From an uncultured Gammaproteobacteria bacterium (GTDB taxonomy: Bacteria > Pseudomonadota > Gammaproteobacteria > DRLM01), in the NCBI GenBank assembly GCA_963729605.1, contig CAVSNY010000007.1, forward strand, positions 416,001-480,000: a stretch of 64,000 nucleotides of DNA. The letters are read 5' to 3'. Below are positions 1 to 9,014 of the stretch, piece after piece. The notes under the pieces are model-generated. The model was given only the letters and a program-made list of their open reading frames with translations. It made no database searches and was not told the DNA's origin. The position numbers and the translations under genes were made by a program. Within the stretch, counting starts at the first letter, position 1; every line of letters starts with the position of its first letter.

Positions 1-108
1 GCCGCAATGCGGGCATACCGGACCCTTGGGCCAGAGGCGGGATTCGACGAACTCGTAAGCCGCTTCTTCGTTGTGAAAGTAAGGGGCGGAAAGGATGGAT
101 GCGGCCAT
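1..108 (-). CDS. IS1595-family transposase, N-terminal fragment (partial)
   Basis: Hand translation gives MAASILSAPYFHNEEAAYEFVESRLWPKGPVCPHCG, the F.NEEAA...WP.GPVCPHCG zinc-ribbon start typical of IS1595 transposases. GGAG RBS upstream. Confidence 0.8.
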   Translation of the reverse strand, partial: MAASILSAPYFHNEEAAYEFVESRLWPKGPVCPHCG

Positions 109-178
109 GACTCTGTTCTCCGTTAGCTATGGGAACAGTCTATCCCTTCCGTTTGGGTACGTCAAGTATAATATCGCG
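1..178 (-). mobile_element. Left end of an IS1595-family insertion sequence (truncated by the window edge)
   Basis: Minus strand reads CGCGATATTATACTTGACGTACCC from 178 inward, resembling IS1595 terminal repeats. An AT-rich 8-mer TTATTTAA (179-186) flanks it and a transposase-like ORF starts at 108. Confidence 0.7.
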
Positions 179-183
179 TTATT

Positions 184-352
184 TAAGGAGAGGTAGGAGC
201 ATCTATTTCCCCTCCTTTTTTAAGGAGGGGTGGTGCGCAGCGCCGGGGTGGTTGGATCGCGGCAGGAGCATCAAGGAGGGGTAGGGCAGCATCCATTCCC
301 CTCCTTTTTAAGGAGGGGTGGCGCGCAGCGCCGGGGTGGTTGGATCGCGGCG
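184..352. repeat. Tandem ~88 bp duplication containing a REP-like palindrome CCCCTCCTTTTT(T)AAGGAGGGG
   Basis: Two near-identical units (about 193-263 and 281-351). A third related copy lies at 2447-2492. Confidence 0.85.
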
Positions 353-406
353 GAGATTCAGTTAACACAACACAGTGAGTGTGCTCGTTAAGCGCGGGGA
401 ATAACG

Positions 407-1072
407 ATGGAGCGTGAGCCAGAACCCGAATTGATGGACGACGCCGAACAGGCCGCGGCCTACGCCCACGCCGATTTCGAGGAGCCTCATGCCCGTTTCA
501 TTCAGCTTTTCCGCGAGACCTTTGCCGGCGAGGAAATCGTCGGCACGGTGCTGGACTTGGGTTGCGGTCCCGCCGATATCGCGCTGCGTTTCGCCCAGGC
601 TTATCCGCGGTGCGCGGTCCAGGGTGTGGACGGCGCAGCGGCCATGCTCGAACACGGCGGGACCCGTTTGCAACAAGCGGGTTTGACGGCGCGCGTTCAA
701 CTCATCCACGCCTATCTGCCGGACGCGTCCCTCCCGCTCGCGGCGTATGACGCCATCATCAGCAACAGCCTGCTGCATCATCTGCGCGACCCCGTGGTGT
801 TGTGGCGAACCATCAGGCGATACGCCAAAGCCGGCGCGCCGATTTTCGTGATGGATTTGTTGCGTCCGGCGAGCCGCGCGGCGGCGCAAGCCTTGGTGAA
901 TAATTACGCCGCGGATGAGCCGCCGATACTCCGCCATGATTTTTTCCATTCTTTGCTGGCCGCTTACCGCCTCGAGGAAGTGATCGCGCAATTACGCGGC
1001 GCCGGTCTTGGGCATTTGCAGGTCGAGCAGGTTTCGGATCGTCATATTCTGGTGCACGGCAGAATGGTTTGA
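407..1072 (+). CDS. Class I SAM-dependent methyltransferase
   Basis: VLDLGCGPAD motif I, GVDG, SNSLLHHL, N-terminal R.PEPELM motif. Confidence 0.9.
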   Translation: MEREPEPELMDDAEQAAAYAHADFEEPHARFIQLFRETFAGEEIVGTVLDLGCGPADIALRFAQAYPRCAVQGVDGAAAMLEHGGTRLQQAGLTARVQLIHAYLPDASLPLAAYDAIISNSLLHHLRDPVVLWRTIRRYAKAGAPIFVMDLLRPASRAAAQALVNNYAADEPPILRHDFFHSLLAAYRLEEVIAQLRGAGLGHLQVEQVSDRHILVHGRMV

Positions 1073-1338
1073 GGCCGCGGCGCGGCCGTGTGAAGTTTCC
1101 GGCGCGGATGGATGCCGTGGTCAGCATGCGCCTGGTGGCGAAGCTGAAAGCGCTGGGCATGGACAATGTGTTGATCGTGGCCGACGCGCCGTGGCGAGAT
1201 GAATCATGTCTTCTCATTCATCCATTCCTGTATAATTCGCCGCGGTCACCGGTCCCCTGATATTTTGAGTAGGCCGGGCGCCGTTGATCTTTTTTCGGAG
1301 CATAAGCCGGTGATGGTTCTCGCGGGCGGGAGTGGGGC

Positions 1339-2286
1339 ATGCTGAAGGCATTTCGATTTCAAAATCGGCGATTGGAGCAGATTCAAACGGTGGAGTCGGA
1401 CGAATTGTCCGAAGATGCCGTATGGGTCGACATCGTCGAGCCGACCGATGAGACCCGCGTCAATATCAAACAGGTGTACGGCGTTAACCTGCCCGATTCC
1501 GAAGACATGAAGGAGATCGAGGCCACTGCGCGTTTCTTCAAGGACGAGGACGGCCTGCATATCCACTCGTTTTTCCTCGACGATTTTGAAGAGACGCCGG
1601 CCAACGTGACGGTCGCCTTCATCTTGAAGGACGATCGTTTGTTCACCATCCATGAGCAGGAACTAGCGACCATCCGCTTGTTCAGGCTGCGGGCGCGCCG
1701 CCAGCCGGATCTGGTGAGCGACGCCATGTCGATACTGCTGACTTTGTTCGAGACCAAGGTCGATAGGCTCGCGGATATTCTCGAGTCGGTGTATACCAGT
1801 TTGGAATCGGCGAGCCAGAAGGTGCTGCGTCAGAACGACAAGGATCTCGATCTGCTGCTGGCGGATATCGCCAAACATGAGGATATCAGCGGCAAGGCCC
1901 GCCTCAGTCTGCTGGATACTCAGCGTGCCTTGTCGTTCGTGCTGCGCAACGCGAAATTGGACGGGCCGCAGGTGGAGCAGATCCGCGATGTGATGCGCGA
2001 CATCGATTCCCTGCTGCCGCACACCTCTTTTTTGTTCGACAAGGTGAACTTTCTGATGGACGCCATTCAGGGTTTCATCAACATCGAGCAAAGCAAGATC
2101 ACCAAGAGTTTCTCGATCGCCGCCGTGGTGTTCATGCCGCCGATGCTGCTCGCCAGCATCTACGGCATGAACTTCCACGTTATGCCCGAGCTGAGTTGGA
2201 GTTTCGGTTATCCCCTCGCCATCGCGTTGATGATTCTCGGCGGCCTCACTCCCTACTGGTATTTCAAGCGCCGCCGCTGGTTGTAA
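1339..2286 (+). CDS. corA: Magnesium/cobalt transporter CorA
   Basis: YGMNF signature, MPELSW loop, two C-terminal TM helices. Confidence 0.95.
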   Translation: MLKAFRFQNRRLEQIQTVESDELSEDAVWVDIVEPTDETRVNIKQVYGVNLPDSEDMKEIEATARFFKDEDGLHIHSFFLDDFEETPANVTVAFILKDDRLFTIHEQELATIRLFRLRARRQPDLVSDAMSILLTLFETKVDRLADILESVYTSLESASQKVLRQNDKDLDLLLADIAKHEDISGKARLSLLDTQRALSFVLRNAKLDGPQVEQIRDVMRDIDSLLPHTSFLFDKVNFLMDAIQGFINIEQSKITKSFSIAAVVFMPPMLLASIYGMNFHVMPELSWSFGYPLAIALMILGGLTPYWYFKRRRWL

Positions 2287-2312
2287 ACGGCGCCGTATTT
2301 AAAATTCTCTTC

Positions 2313-2434
2313 CCGGCGAGGAGATCGGCGGTACGGTGCTGGATTTGGGTTGCGGTCCCGCCGATATCGCGCTGCGTTTCGCCCAGGCTTATCCGCGCTG
2401 CGCGGTGCAAGGCGTGGACGGCGCAGCGGTCATG
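2313..2434 (+). pseudogene. 122 bp diverged duplicate of an internal part of the methyltransferase gene (525-646)
   Basis: Aligns without gaps to 525-646 (VLDLGCGPADIALRFAQAYPRCAVQGVDGAA). No start codon or 3' half is present. Confidence 0.85.
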
Positions 2435-2446
2435 TTTGTGATTTAT

Positions 2447-2492
2447 CCCCTCCTTTTCATAAGGAGGGGTGGCCCGTAGGGTCGGGGCGGTT
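2447..2492. repeat. REP-like palindrome, same family as 184-352
   Basis: CCCCTCCTTTTCATAAGGAGGGGTGG...CGGGGCGGTT. Confidence 0.75.
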
Positions 2493-2661
2493 TTGTTTTT
2501 CGCTGAAGGAGCCAGTTCGCTTTACTCCATTTTCAATGGCTGGCCGCGTTGAAAAAAACGGCGGTGCATCGGCGCCACGCGGAAAACCGCTGAATAAAAT
2601 CAGGGGTGGCTTAATTGATGCCCTTCTTCCGGCAAAAACGGCGGCGGCATTGAATGACGAT

Positions 2662-3126
2662 TCACGTGGCGCCGGCGAAGGAGAGTTGCCGCCAGCCCTC
2701 GTAAAGAATGACCGCCACCGCGTTGGAGAGGTTGAGGCTGCGGTTGTTGGGCAGCATGGGGATGCGCAGCCGTTGTCCTGCGGGGACGGTGTCGAGCAGT
2801 TCGTCGGGCAGGCCGCGGGTCTCGGGTCCGAAGATCAAGGCGTCGCCCGCCTGGTATCGGACATCGCTGTAACGGGTGCGGCCGCGGGTGGAGCAGGTGA
2901 ACAGCCGCGGCGGCTGGACGGCGAGAATGAAGTCGGCGAAGTGTTCGTGGGTCCGGACCCGGGCGTATTCGTGATAATCCAAACCCGCGCGGCGCAGACG
3001 CGCGTCGTCCAGTTCGAAGCCCAGTGGCCGGATCAGATGCAGCGCGGCGCCGCTGTTGGCGCACAGGCGGATGACGTTGCCGGTGTTGGGCGGAATTTCC
3101 GGTTGATAAAGCACGATGTGAAACAT
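2662..3126 (-). CDS. trmL: tRNA (cytidine/uridine-2'-O)-methyltransferase TrmL
   Basis: PEIPPNTGN, RRAGLDY, FGPETRGL, RSLNLSN SPOUT motifs. Confidence 0.95.
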   Translation of the reverse strand: MFHIVLYQPEIPPNTGNVIRLCANSGAALHLIRPLGFELDDARLRRAGLDYHEYARVRTHEHFADFILAVQPPRLFTCSTRGRTRYSDVRYQAGDALIFGPETRGLPDELLDTVPAGQRLRIPMLPNNRSLNLSNAVAVILYEGWRQLSFAGAT

Positions 3127-3221
3127 GGGCGCATTTTACTACGGCGGGCGAGGGGTGTGCGGAGTAAAGTGAGGTATAAGGAGGAAAGCGTTCTTGCGGA
3201 GTGATGACGGTCATTCGGGCG

Positions 3222-3560
3222 CCCTCACGCCCGCCCTCTCCCGCCCGCGGGAGAGGGGGCAGCCGGTGCGCCGCATAAACTTCATCCCGGTTCACTCTCT
3301 CCCGTCCGCGGGAGAGAGTGGACGCATGTTTCTCTACCTGCGCCAGCGCCTGGCTTCTCTCCCGCTCGCGGGAGAGAGGGGTGGTGTTAGAGTTGGAATG
3401 GCGCATAAACGAGTTCGCTCACCCGCCCGCGGGAGAGGGGGCAGCCGGTGCACCGCATGAACTTCATCCCGGTCCACTCTCTCCTGTCCGCGGGAGAGAG
3501 GGTTGGTGCTAGAGTTGGAACGGCGCATAAACGAGTTCTCCCGCCGGTGGGAGAGAAGGT
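3222..3560. repeat. Cluster of six REP-like hairpins (CTCTCCCGnnCGCGGGAGAG) at ~60 bp period
   Basis: Hairpins near 3236, 3296, 3356, 3418, 3478 and 3537. Linkers recur in the order A,B,C,A',C'. Confidence 0.85.
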
Positions 3561-3598
3561 TGGGAATGACGCGTCTATTGCAATTTTAAGATAGGTTC

Positions 3599-3754
3599 TG
3601 AGGAGCCACTGAATAAATCAGAGATTTTTTGCGGTGCACGCAGGCGCCGCCATTTCAATCGCGATTCGCTTTTGAAAATGAAGGAAAGCGAAAACCACAT
3701 TTTTGCTTTCCTTGCGTTGAGAATTCGACGATGGAATTATTTAGCGCTTCCCTA
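3599..3754 (-). mobile_element. ~155 bp MITE-like element, copy 1 (inverted relative to 24360-24514)
   Basis: Its reverse complement begins TAGGGAAGCGCTAAATAATTCCATCGTCGAATTCTCAACGCAAGG, similar to TAACGACGCGCTGAATAATTCCATCCTGAAATTTTCAGGGCAAGG at 24360. Imperfect terminal inverted repeats. Confidence 0.65.
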
Positions 3755-3755
3755 A

Positions 3756-5192
3756 TTATTGCGCCGGCTCTTCCTCTTCCTCCTCGCCGTCCGCATCGCC
3801 CATGCCCAGTTCCTTGATCTTGCGGGTGAGGGTGTTGCGGCCCCAGCCCAATAATTTCGCGGCGTCTTGACGGCGGCCGCCGGTGTATTTGAGGGCGGTG
3901 TCGATCATGATCCGTTCGAAGGCGGGGGTGGCGGTGTCGAGCAGTTTGCTGTCGCCCGCCAGCAGGCGTTGTTCCGCCCATTGTTTCAGGCCTTCTTCCC
4001 AGCCGGCGCCGCCGCCGCGGCTGGGGGTTTGGTTTTTTAATTCGGGCGGCAAGTCCTCGAGGTGAATCTCGCGGCCGGAGGCCATCACCGTGAGCCAGCG
4101 GCAGGTGTTTTCCAATTGGCGAACGTTGCCCTGCCAATCGAGGCGGCTTAAATAGTCCGCCACGTCGGGGCGCAGGGTCTTCGCCTCCATCTCCAATTCC
4201 ACCGCGGCGCGTTTGAGAAAGTGGCGGGTGAGGATCGCGATGTCCTCGCGCCGTTCGCGCAGCGAGGGGATGTGGATGCGGATGACGTTGAGACGATGAA
4301 ACAAGTCTTCGCGGAACAGGCCGGCTTGCACCCGCTCCTCAAGGTTTTGATGCGTGGCGGCGATGATGCGCACATCGACCTTGATCGGTGTTTGTCCGCC
4401 GACGCGGTAGAACTCGCCGTCGGCCAGCACCCGCAGCAAGCGGGTTTGGCACTCGGGCGGCATGTCGCCGATTTCATCGAGAAATAAGGTGCCGCCGTCG
4501 GCCTGCTCGAAACGGCCGCGCCGCGCGGCGGTGGCGCCGGTGAAGGCGCCGCGTTCGTGGCCGAACAGTTCCGATTCCAACAAGTCACGCGGGATGGCCG
4601 CGGTGTTGAGGGCGATGAAGGGTTTGTCGGAGCGCGGGCTGTGGCGATGGAGGGCGTGCGCCACCAATTCTTTGCCGGTGCCCGATTCGCCGTTGATGAG
4701 CACGGTGATGTTGGAGCGCGACAGGCGGCCGATGGCGCGGAAGACTTCCTGCATGGCCGGCGCCTCGCCGATGATTTCGGTGGGCTTGCTGTCGCTGTCG
4801 TGGATCGGCGCGGTGCGGCGGCGGTGCTGGTTGATGGCGCGCCGCGCCAAGTCCACCGCGTCGTCCACGTCGAACGGTTTGGGCATGTATTCGAAGGCGC
4901 CGCCCTGATACGCGGACACCGCGCTGTCCAAGTCGGAGTGCGCGGTCATGATGATGACCGGCAAGTCGGGGTGGCGGCCGCGAATGGCGTCGAGCAGCGC
5001 CAGGCCGTCCATGCCCGGCATGCGGATGTCGGTGATGATGGCGTCGGGCGGTGCGCGGTCGAGGGCCTCCAGCACGCCGGCGGCGCTGTCGAATGAAGTG
5101 ACTTCCATCTCCGCCTGGCGCAGGGCCTTTTCCAAGACCCAGCGGATGGAGCGATCGTCGTCGATGACAAAAATGCGATTACTGCTGTTCAT
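3756..5192 (-). CDS. glnG: Nitrogen regulation response regulator NtrC
   Basis: REC domain, GESGTGKE, GAFTGA, LGWGRNTLTRK HTH. Confidence 0.97.
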   Translation of the reverse strand: MNSSNRIFVIDDDRSIRWVLEKALRQAEMEVTSFDSAAGVLEALDRAPPDAIITDIRMPGMDGLALLDAIRGRHPDLPVIIMTAHSDLDSAVSAYQGGAFEYMPKPFDVDDAVDLARRAINQHRRRTAPIHDSDSKPTEIIGEAPAMQEVFRAIGRLSRSNITVLINGESGTGKELVAHALHRHSPRSDKPFIALNTAAIPRDLLESELFGHERGAFTGATAARRGRFEQADGGTLFLDEIGDMPPECQTRLLRVLADGEFYRVGGQTPIKVDVRIIAATHQNLEERVQAGLFREDLFHRLNVIRIHIPSLRERREDIAILTRHFLKRAAVELEMEAKTLRPDVADYLSRLDWQGNVRQLENTCRWLTVMASGREIHLEDLPPELKNQTPSRGGGAGWEEGLKQWAEQRLLAGDSKLLDTATPAFERIMIDTALKYTGGRRQDAAKLLGWGRNTLTRKIKELGMGDADGEEEEEEPAQ

Positions 5193-6267
5193 GATGGGTC
5201 TCTAGCGGTAGAAAAAGGGTGAAGACGGTTTTGCCGGGTTGGCTGCTGCATTCGATCAGGCCGCGGTGCTGGTTGATCAGGGCCTGGGCGATGGGCAGCC
5301 CCAGGCCGGTGCCGTCGGCGCGGGTGGTGACCATCGGGAAGAAAATATTTTCGATCATGTCCGGCGCGATGCCGGGGCCGTTGTCGATGACGTCGATGCG
5401 GATCGCCAGTTTGTGGCGGTGGTGGCCGAGGGTGACCTGGCGCACCGTGCGGGTGCGCAGGATGATTTCGCCCTGTTGCCCCACCGCCTGCAACGCATTG
5501 CGCACGATGTTGAGCGCTGCCTGGATGAGTTGGTCGGGATCGGCGGTGAAGTCCGGGATGCTGGGGTCGTAATCGCGGATGATGCGCACGCCGGGCGGCG
5601 CCTCGACCACGGCGAGGGTGCGCACCCGTTCTATCACTTGATGAATGTTGATGGTGCGTTGTTGCGGCAGGGCGTTGGGGCCGAGCATGCGGTTGAGCAG
5701 ATTTTGCAGGCGGTCGGCCTCGCCGATGATGATGCCGGTGTATTCCTTCAACGCCTCATTGTGCAGTTCGCGTTCGAGCAGTTGCGCCGCGCCGCGCAGT
5801 CCGCCCAACGGATTTTTGATCTCGTGGGCCAGGCCGCGCACCAGGGCGCGACTGGCGTGGTGCTGGGCGAGCAGGCTTTCCTCGCGGACGATACGCCGCT
5901 GCCGATCGACCCGCTGCAACTCCATCAGCAGCTCGGTGGTCAGGCGGGGTTCGTGCAGCGGGGTGACGGTGCAATCCGCGGTGAGGGAGCGGCCGTTCGA
6001 CAACAACAAACTCACTTCCCTTTCGGTGAAGGGATGGCCGGTGTCCAGGGTGTGCTGGCACGAGGCCACCAGTTCATGTTCGCCGATCAGCAAGTCTTTC
6101 AGGTTCAGCCCGTGCACTTGGCGGGTGCTGGCCGCCAACAGTACTTCGGCGGCCGGATTGAGATAGATGAGATTCAATTGGCGGTCGAACAGCAGGACCG
6201 CCATATTGAGGTTGTCCAAGATGCGTCGGGATATATCCATTTCTTGGGCACTTAATGCTTGCGTCAT
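5179..6267 (-). CDS. glnL: Nitrogen regulation sensor kinase NtrB (true start may be 6240)
   Basis: PAS domain, GLAHEIKNPLGG H-box, DNGPGI, GTGLGL. Overlaps glnG. Confidence 0.96.
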   Translation of the reverse strand: MTQALSAQEMDISRRILDNLNMAVLLFDRQLNLIYLNPAAEVLLAASTRQVHGLNLKDLLIGEHELVASCQHTLDTGHPFTEREVSLLLSNGRSLTADCTVTPLHEPRLTTELLMELQRVDRQRRIVREESLLAQHHASRALVRGLAHEIKNPLGGLRGAAQLLERELHNEALKEYTGIIIGEADRLQNLLNRMLGPNALPQQRTINIHQVIERVRTLAVVEAPPGVRIIRDYDPSIPDFTADPDQLIQAALNIVRNALQAVGQQGEIILRTRTVRQVTLGHHRHKLAIRIDVIDNGPGIAPDMIENIFFPMVTTRADGTGLGLPIAQALINQHRGLIECSSQPGKTVFTLFLPLETHHEQQ

Positions 6268-6278
6268 AACACACCTTT

Positions 6279-6294
6279 AGCAAAATCCAAACCA
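6279..6294 (-). promoter_or_regulatory. Putative sigma54 promoter for glnLG
   Basis: Minus strand TGGTTTGGATTTTGCT has GG-N10-GC spacing. Confidence 0.6.
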
Positions 6295-6465
6295 ATCGGT
6301 GGGAAATGGCCGCACCGCATCGGTTCGTCGCCCCCCTAGCCGGGCGCGGTAGTAATTTCAGTGAGTTGCTTGGGTGCGGGATTGCTTTAGTAGAGTGCGG
6401 GACGCCCGCTGTCGCCGCTCGGACCGCTGTTTCGCCGGATGAGCATAGCCGAAACGAAATGACAT

Positions 6466-6482
6466 TGCACCGAATCGGTGCG
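6466..6482. promoter_or_regulatory. Putative NtrC binding site upstream of glnL
   Basis: TGCACCGAATCGGTGCG matches TGCACC-N5-GGTGCA at all but the last base. Confidence 0.7.
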
Positions 6483-6516
6483 GCCTGTCGAATGAGTGCG
6501 CCGTGGGAGGTCGTCG

Positions 6517-7038
6517 TTAGTTGCGGATGCTGATGCGTTGCAGGTGAAACGTGACGGTAGGCGAGGTGAGCAGGGCTTGGCCTTGTTTGGAATTGACGCT
6601 GGCGTTCACGGTGTGGGTGCCTCGATCGACGTTGTCGAGGGTGATCGTGTCCGTCGAGTCCTCGGCGACCAGGACACCGTCCAGATACACTGCGATTTGA
6701 TGACCCGCCTTTCTGATCAGCGGCGGGTCCAGCGCCACTTTGATCGTCACGGTCCCGGCGTTATCGCGCAAGGTGCTGTCCTGCGCCGGGCTTACGATCT
6801 CGATGCTGCGATAGGCCAGCGTCTTCTTGGTGGCCTCGGAGGCCTCCTCAGGTTCGGCCGGGGGTGGGATCGGCGCGGCGGGGATGAGCTGAATCGCCGG
6901 GAGTTGCGCCGGCGTGGCATTTTCAGAGGGGGGCTGGTCGGAATAAATCACCCTGCCGTCCGGAAGCACGGATTTGTACACCGCCGCGGACGCCGGGACG
7001 GCGAGGATCAACGCTAAAATGATGAACGGCACTTTCAT
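6517..7038 (-). CDS. DUF4124-family periplasmic protein with an Ig-like C-terminal domain
   Basis: Signal peptide, VYK...DGRVIYSDQP motif. Usual location between glnA and glnL. Confidence 0.85.
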   Translation of the reverse strand: MKVPFIILALILAVPASAAVYKSVLPDGRVIYSDQPPSENATPAQLPAIQLIPAAPIPPPAEPEEASEATKKTLAYRSIEIVSPAQDSTLRDNAGTVTIKVALDPPLIRKAGHQIAVYLDGVLVAEDSTDTITLDNVDRGTHTVNASVNSKQGQALLTSPTVTFHLQRISIRN

Positions 7039-7086
7039 GGGAGCCCCTTTTGCCAGCATTTGTAGCGTGCCGGCGCGGTGCTTGTC

Positions 7087-7122
7087 AAAAAAAACGCCCC
7101 CGGGCGCGAAGCACGGGGGCGT
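7087..7122 (-). terminator. Rho-independent terminator after glnA
   Basis: ACGCCCCCG...CGGGGGCGT stem followed by a T run on the minus strand. Confidence 0.8.
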
Positions 7123-7144
7123 GGGTCACCGCGTAGGGCGGGGA

Positions 7145-8554
7145 TTAGAGGCTGTAGTACATGTCGTATTCGACCGGATGGGTGGTCATGCGGAACCGCG
7201 TGACTTCTTCCATCTTGAGTTCGATGTAGGCGTCGATCAGGTCGTTGGTGAAGACGCCGCCGCGGGTGAGGAACTCGCGGTCCTTGTCGAGGTGATCCAG
7301 CGCCATGTCCAAGGAATGGCAAACCTGCGGAACGGCCTTTTCTTCTTCCGGCGGCAGATCGTACAGATTCTTGTCCATCGCCTCGCCCGGGTGGATCTTG
7401 TTCTGAATGCCGTCGAGGCCCGCCATCATCATGGCCGTGAAGGCTAGATAGGGGTTGCAGGTCGGATCCGGGAAACGCACTTCGATGCGGCGCGCCTTCG
7501 GCGAGGGGACGAAGGGGATGCGGATCGACGCGGAACGGTTGCGGGCCGAGTAGGCCAGCATCACCGGGGCTTCGAAACCGGGGACCAGGCGCTTGTAGCT
7601 GTTGGTGCCGGGGTTGGTGATGGCGTTGAGGGCCTTGGCGTGTTTGATGATGCCGCCGATGTAATAGAGCGCCTCGTCGGACAGGCCGGCGTATTTGTTG
7701 CCCGCGAACAGGTTTTTGCCGTCTTTGGACAGCGATTGATGGACGTGCATGCCGCTGCCGTTGTCGCCGACCAGCGGTTTGGCCATGAAGGTGGCGGTCT
7801 TGCCGTAGGAGTGGGCGACGTTGTGCACCACGTATTTCAGCATCAGCACTTCGTCGGCCTTGCGCACCAGGGTGTTGAAGCGGGTGCCGATCTCGCATTG
7901 GCCGGCGGTGGCGACTTCGTGGTGGTGCACTTCGACGGGGATGCCCATCTCTTCCAAGGCCAGGCACATGGCGGAGCGGATGTCGTGCAAGGCGTCGACC
8001 GGCGGCACGGGGAAATAACCGCCCTTCACGCCGGGACGATGACCGATGTTGCCGTCGCCGAAGGTGGTGCCGGAGTTCCAGGAAGCCTCTTCGGAATCGA
8101 CCTTATAGAAGGCGCCGGAGATGTCGGCGCCCCAGCGCACGTCGTCCAGGATGAAGAACTCGGGCTCGGGGCCGAAGAAGGCGGTGTCGGCGATGCCGGT
8201 GGATTTCAGATAGGCCTCGGCGCGTTTGGCCAGGGAGCGCGGGTCGCGTTCGTAGCCCTGCATGGTGTGGGGCTCGAGGATGTCGCAACGGATGATGAGG
8301 GTGGGCTCGTCCATGAACGGGTCCATGATCGCGCTGTCCGCGTCGGGCATCAGCACCATGTCGGATTCCTGGATACCCTTCCAGCCGGCGATCGACGAGC
8401 CGTCGAACATCTTGCCGTCCTTGAACATTTCGTCGTCCGCGGTGTGGGCGGGAATCGAGACATGTTGTTCTTTGCCGCGGGTATCGGTGAAACGGAGATC
8501 GACGAACTTAACGTCTTTCTCTTTAATTAAAGTCAAAACATCAGATCCGGACAT
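7145..8554 (-). CDS. glnA: Glutamine synthetase type I
   Basis: [31 protein letters not shown] adenylylation site. Confidence 0.98.
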   Translation of the reverse strand: MSGSDVLTLIKEKDVKFVDLRFTDTRGKEQHVSIPAHTADDEMFKDGKMFDGSSIAGWKGIQESDMVLMPDADSAIMDPFMDEPTLIIRCDILEPHTMQGYERDPRSLAKRAEAYLKSTGIADTAFFGPEPEFFILDDVRWGADISGAFYKVDSEEASWNSGTTFGDGNIGHRPGVKGGYFPVPPVDALHDIRSAMCLALEEMGIPVEVHHHEVATAGQCEIGTRFNTLVRKADEVLMLKYVVHNVAHSYGKTATFMAKPLVGDNGSGMHVHQSLSKDGKNLFAGNKYAGLSDEALYYIGGIIKHAKALNAITNPGTNSYKRLVPGFEAPVMLAYSARNRSASIRIPFVPSPKARRIEVRFPDPTCNPYLAFTAMMMAGLDGIQNKIHPGEAMDKNLYDLPPEEEKAVPQVCHSLDMALDHLDKDREFLTRGGVFTNDLIDAYIELKMEEVTRFRMTTHPVEYDMYYSL

Positions 8555-8646
8555 GTGAGAGCCCCTCCAACAGGTGCAATTAATATTTTTTTAAAACCAG
8601 CCATCTCGTTGCCGAGGTGGCGCCAAAAAGTTTGAATGCGTAATAA

Positions 8647-8662
8647 AGCATGTAGCATGCCA
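8647..8662 (-). promoter_or_regulatory. Sigma54 promoter of glnA
   Basis: Minus strand TGGCATGCTACATGCT, GG-N10-GC. Confidence 0.75.
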
Positions 8663-8725
8663 TTTAGAGAAGTCGTTGATGGGAAATATGTTCTGGTTTA
8701 AACACAGGGACGGCGAGCGGCTGAT

Positions 8726-8773
8726 AGCACCTAATTGGTGCACATCTTCTATCGTTTGCACCAAAAAGGCGTG
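8726..8773. promoter_or_regulatory. Tandem NtrC enhancer sites upstream of glnA
   Basis: AGCACCTAATTGGTGCA (8726-8742) and the weaker TGCACCAAAAAGGCGTG (8757-8773). Confidence 0.75.
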
Positions 8774-8777
8774 ATCG

Positions 8778-9014
8778 TTAGGCCGGGCCTTTCAATATCC
8801 TTATGGTGATGACCAGTTCCTTATCGCCTTTCTGGGTATCTAGCACGCTATGACCGTTGATTCTGCACCACGCGGGGATGTCGCTCAAGGCCCCGGGGTC
8901 GGTGCAGATTACCTTGAGGGTGTCCCCGTCCGCAAGGGTCCGTATTTTGTTTTGGGTGCGAATCACCGGCATGGGGCACAGCAGGTTGCGGGCGTCCAAG
9001 ATGTGCTCGCTCAT
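8778..9014 (-). CDS. TusA/SirA-family sulfur carrier
   Basis: LDARNLLCPMPV, TDPG..DIPAWC. Confidence 0.9.
   Translation of the reverse strand: MSEHILDARNLLCPMPVIRTQNKIRTLADGDTLKVICTDPGALSDIPAWCRINGHSVLDTQKGDKELVITIRILKGPA

Noticed and set aside
2600-3528. ORFs spanning the REP cluster (PLSRERER-type peptides)
   Set aside because: They are translations of palindromic repeats and an alternate frame of trmL.
3222-3560. CRISPR array
   Set aside because: The repeats are degenerate REP-type palindromes, the linkers are reused, and there is no cas gene or AT-rich leader.
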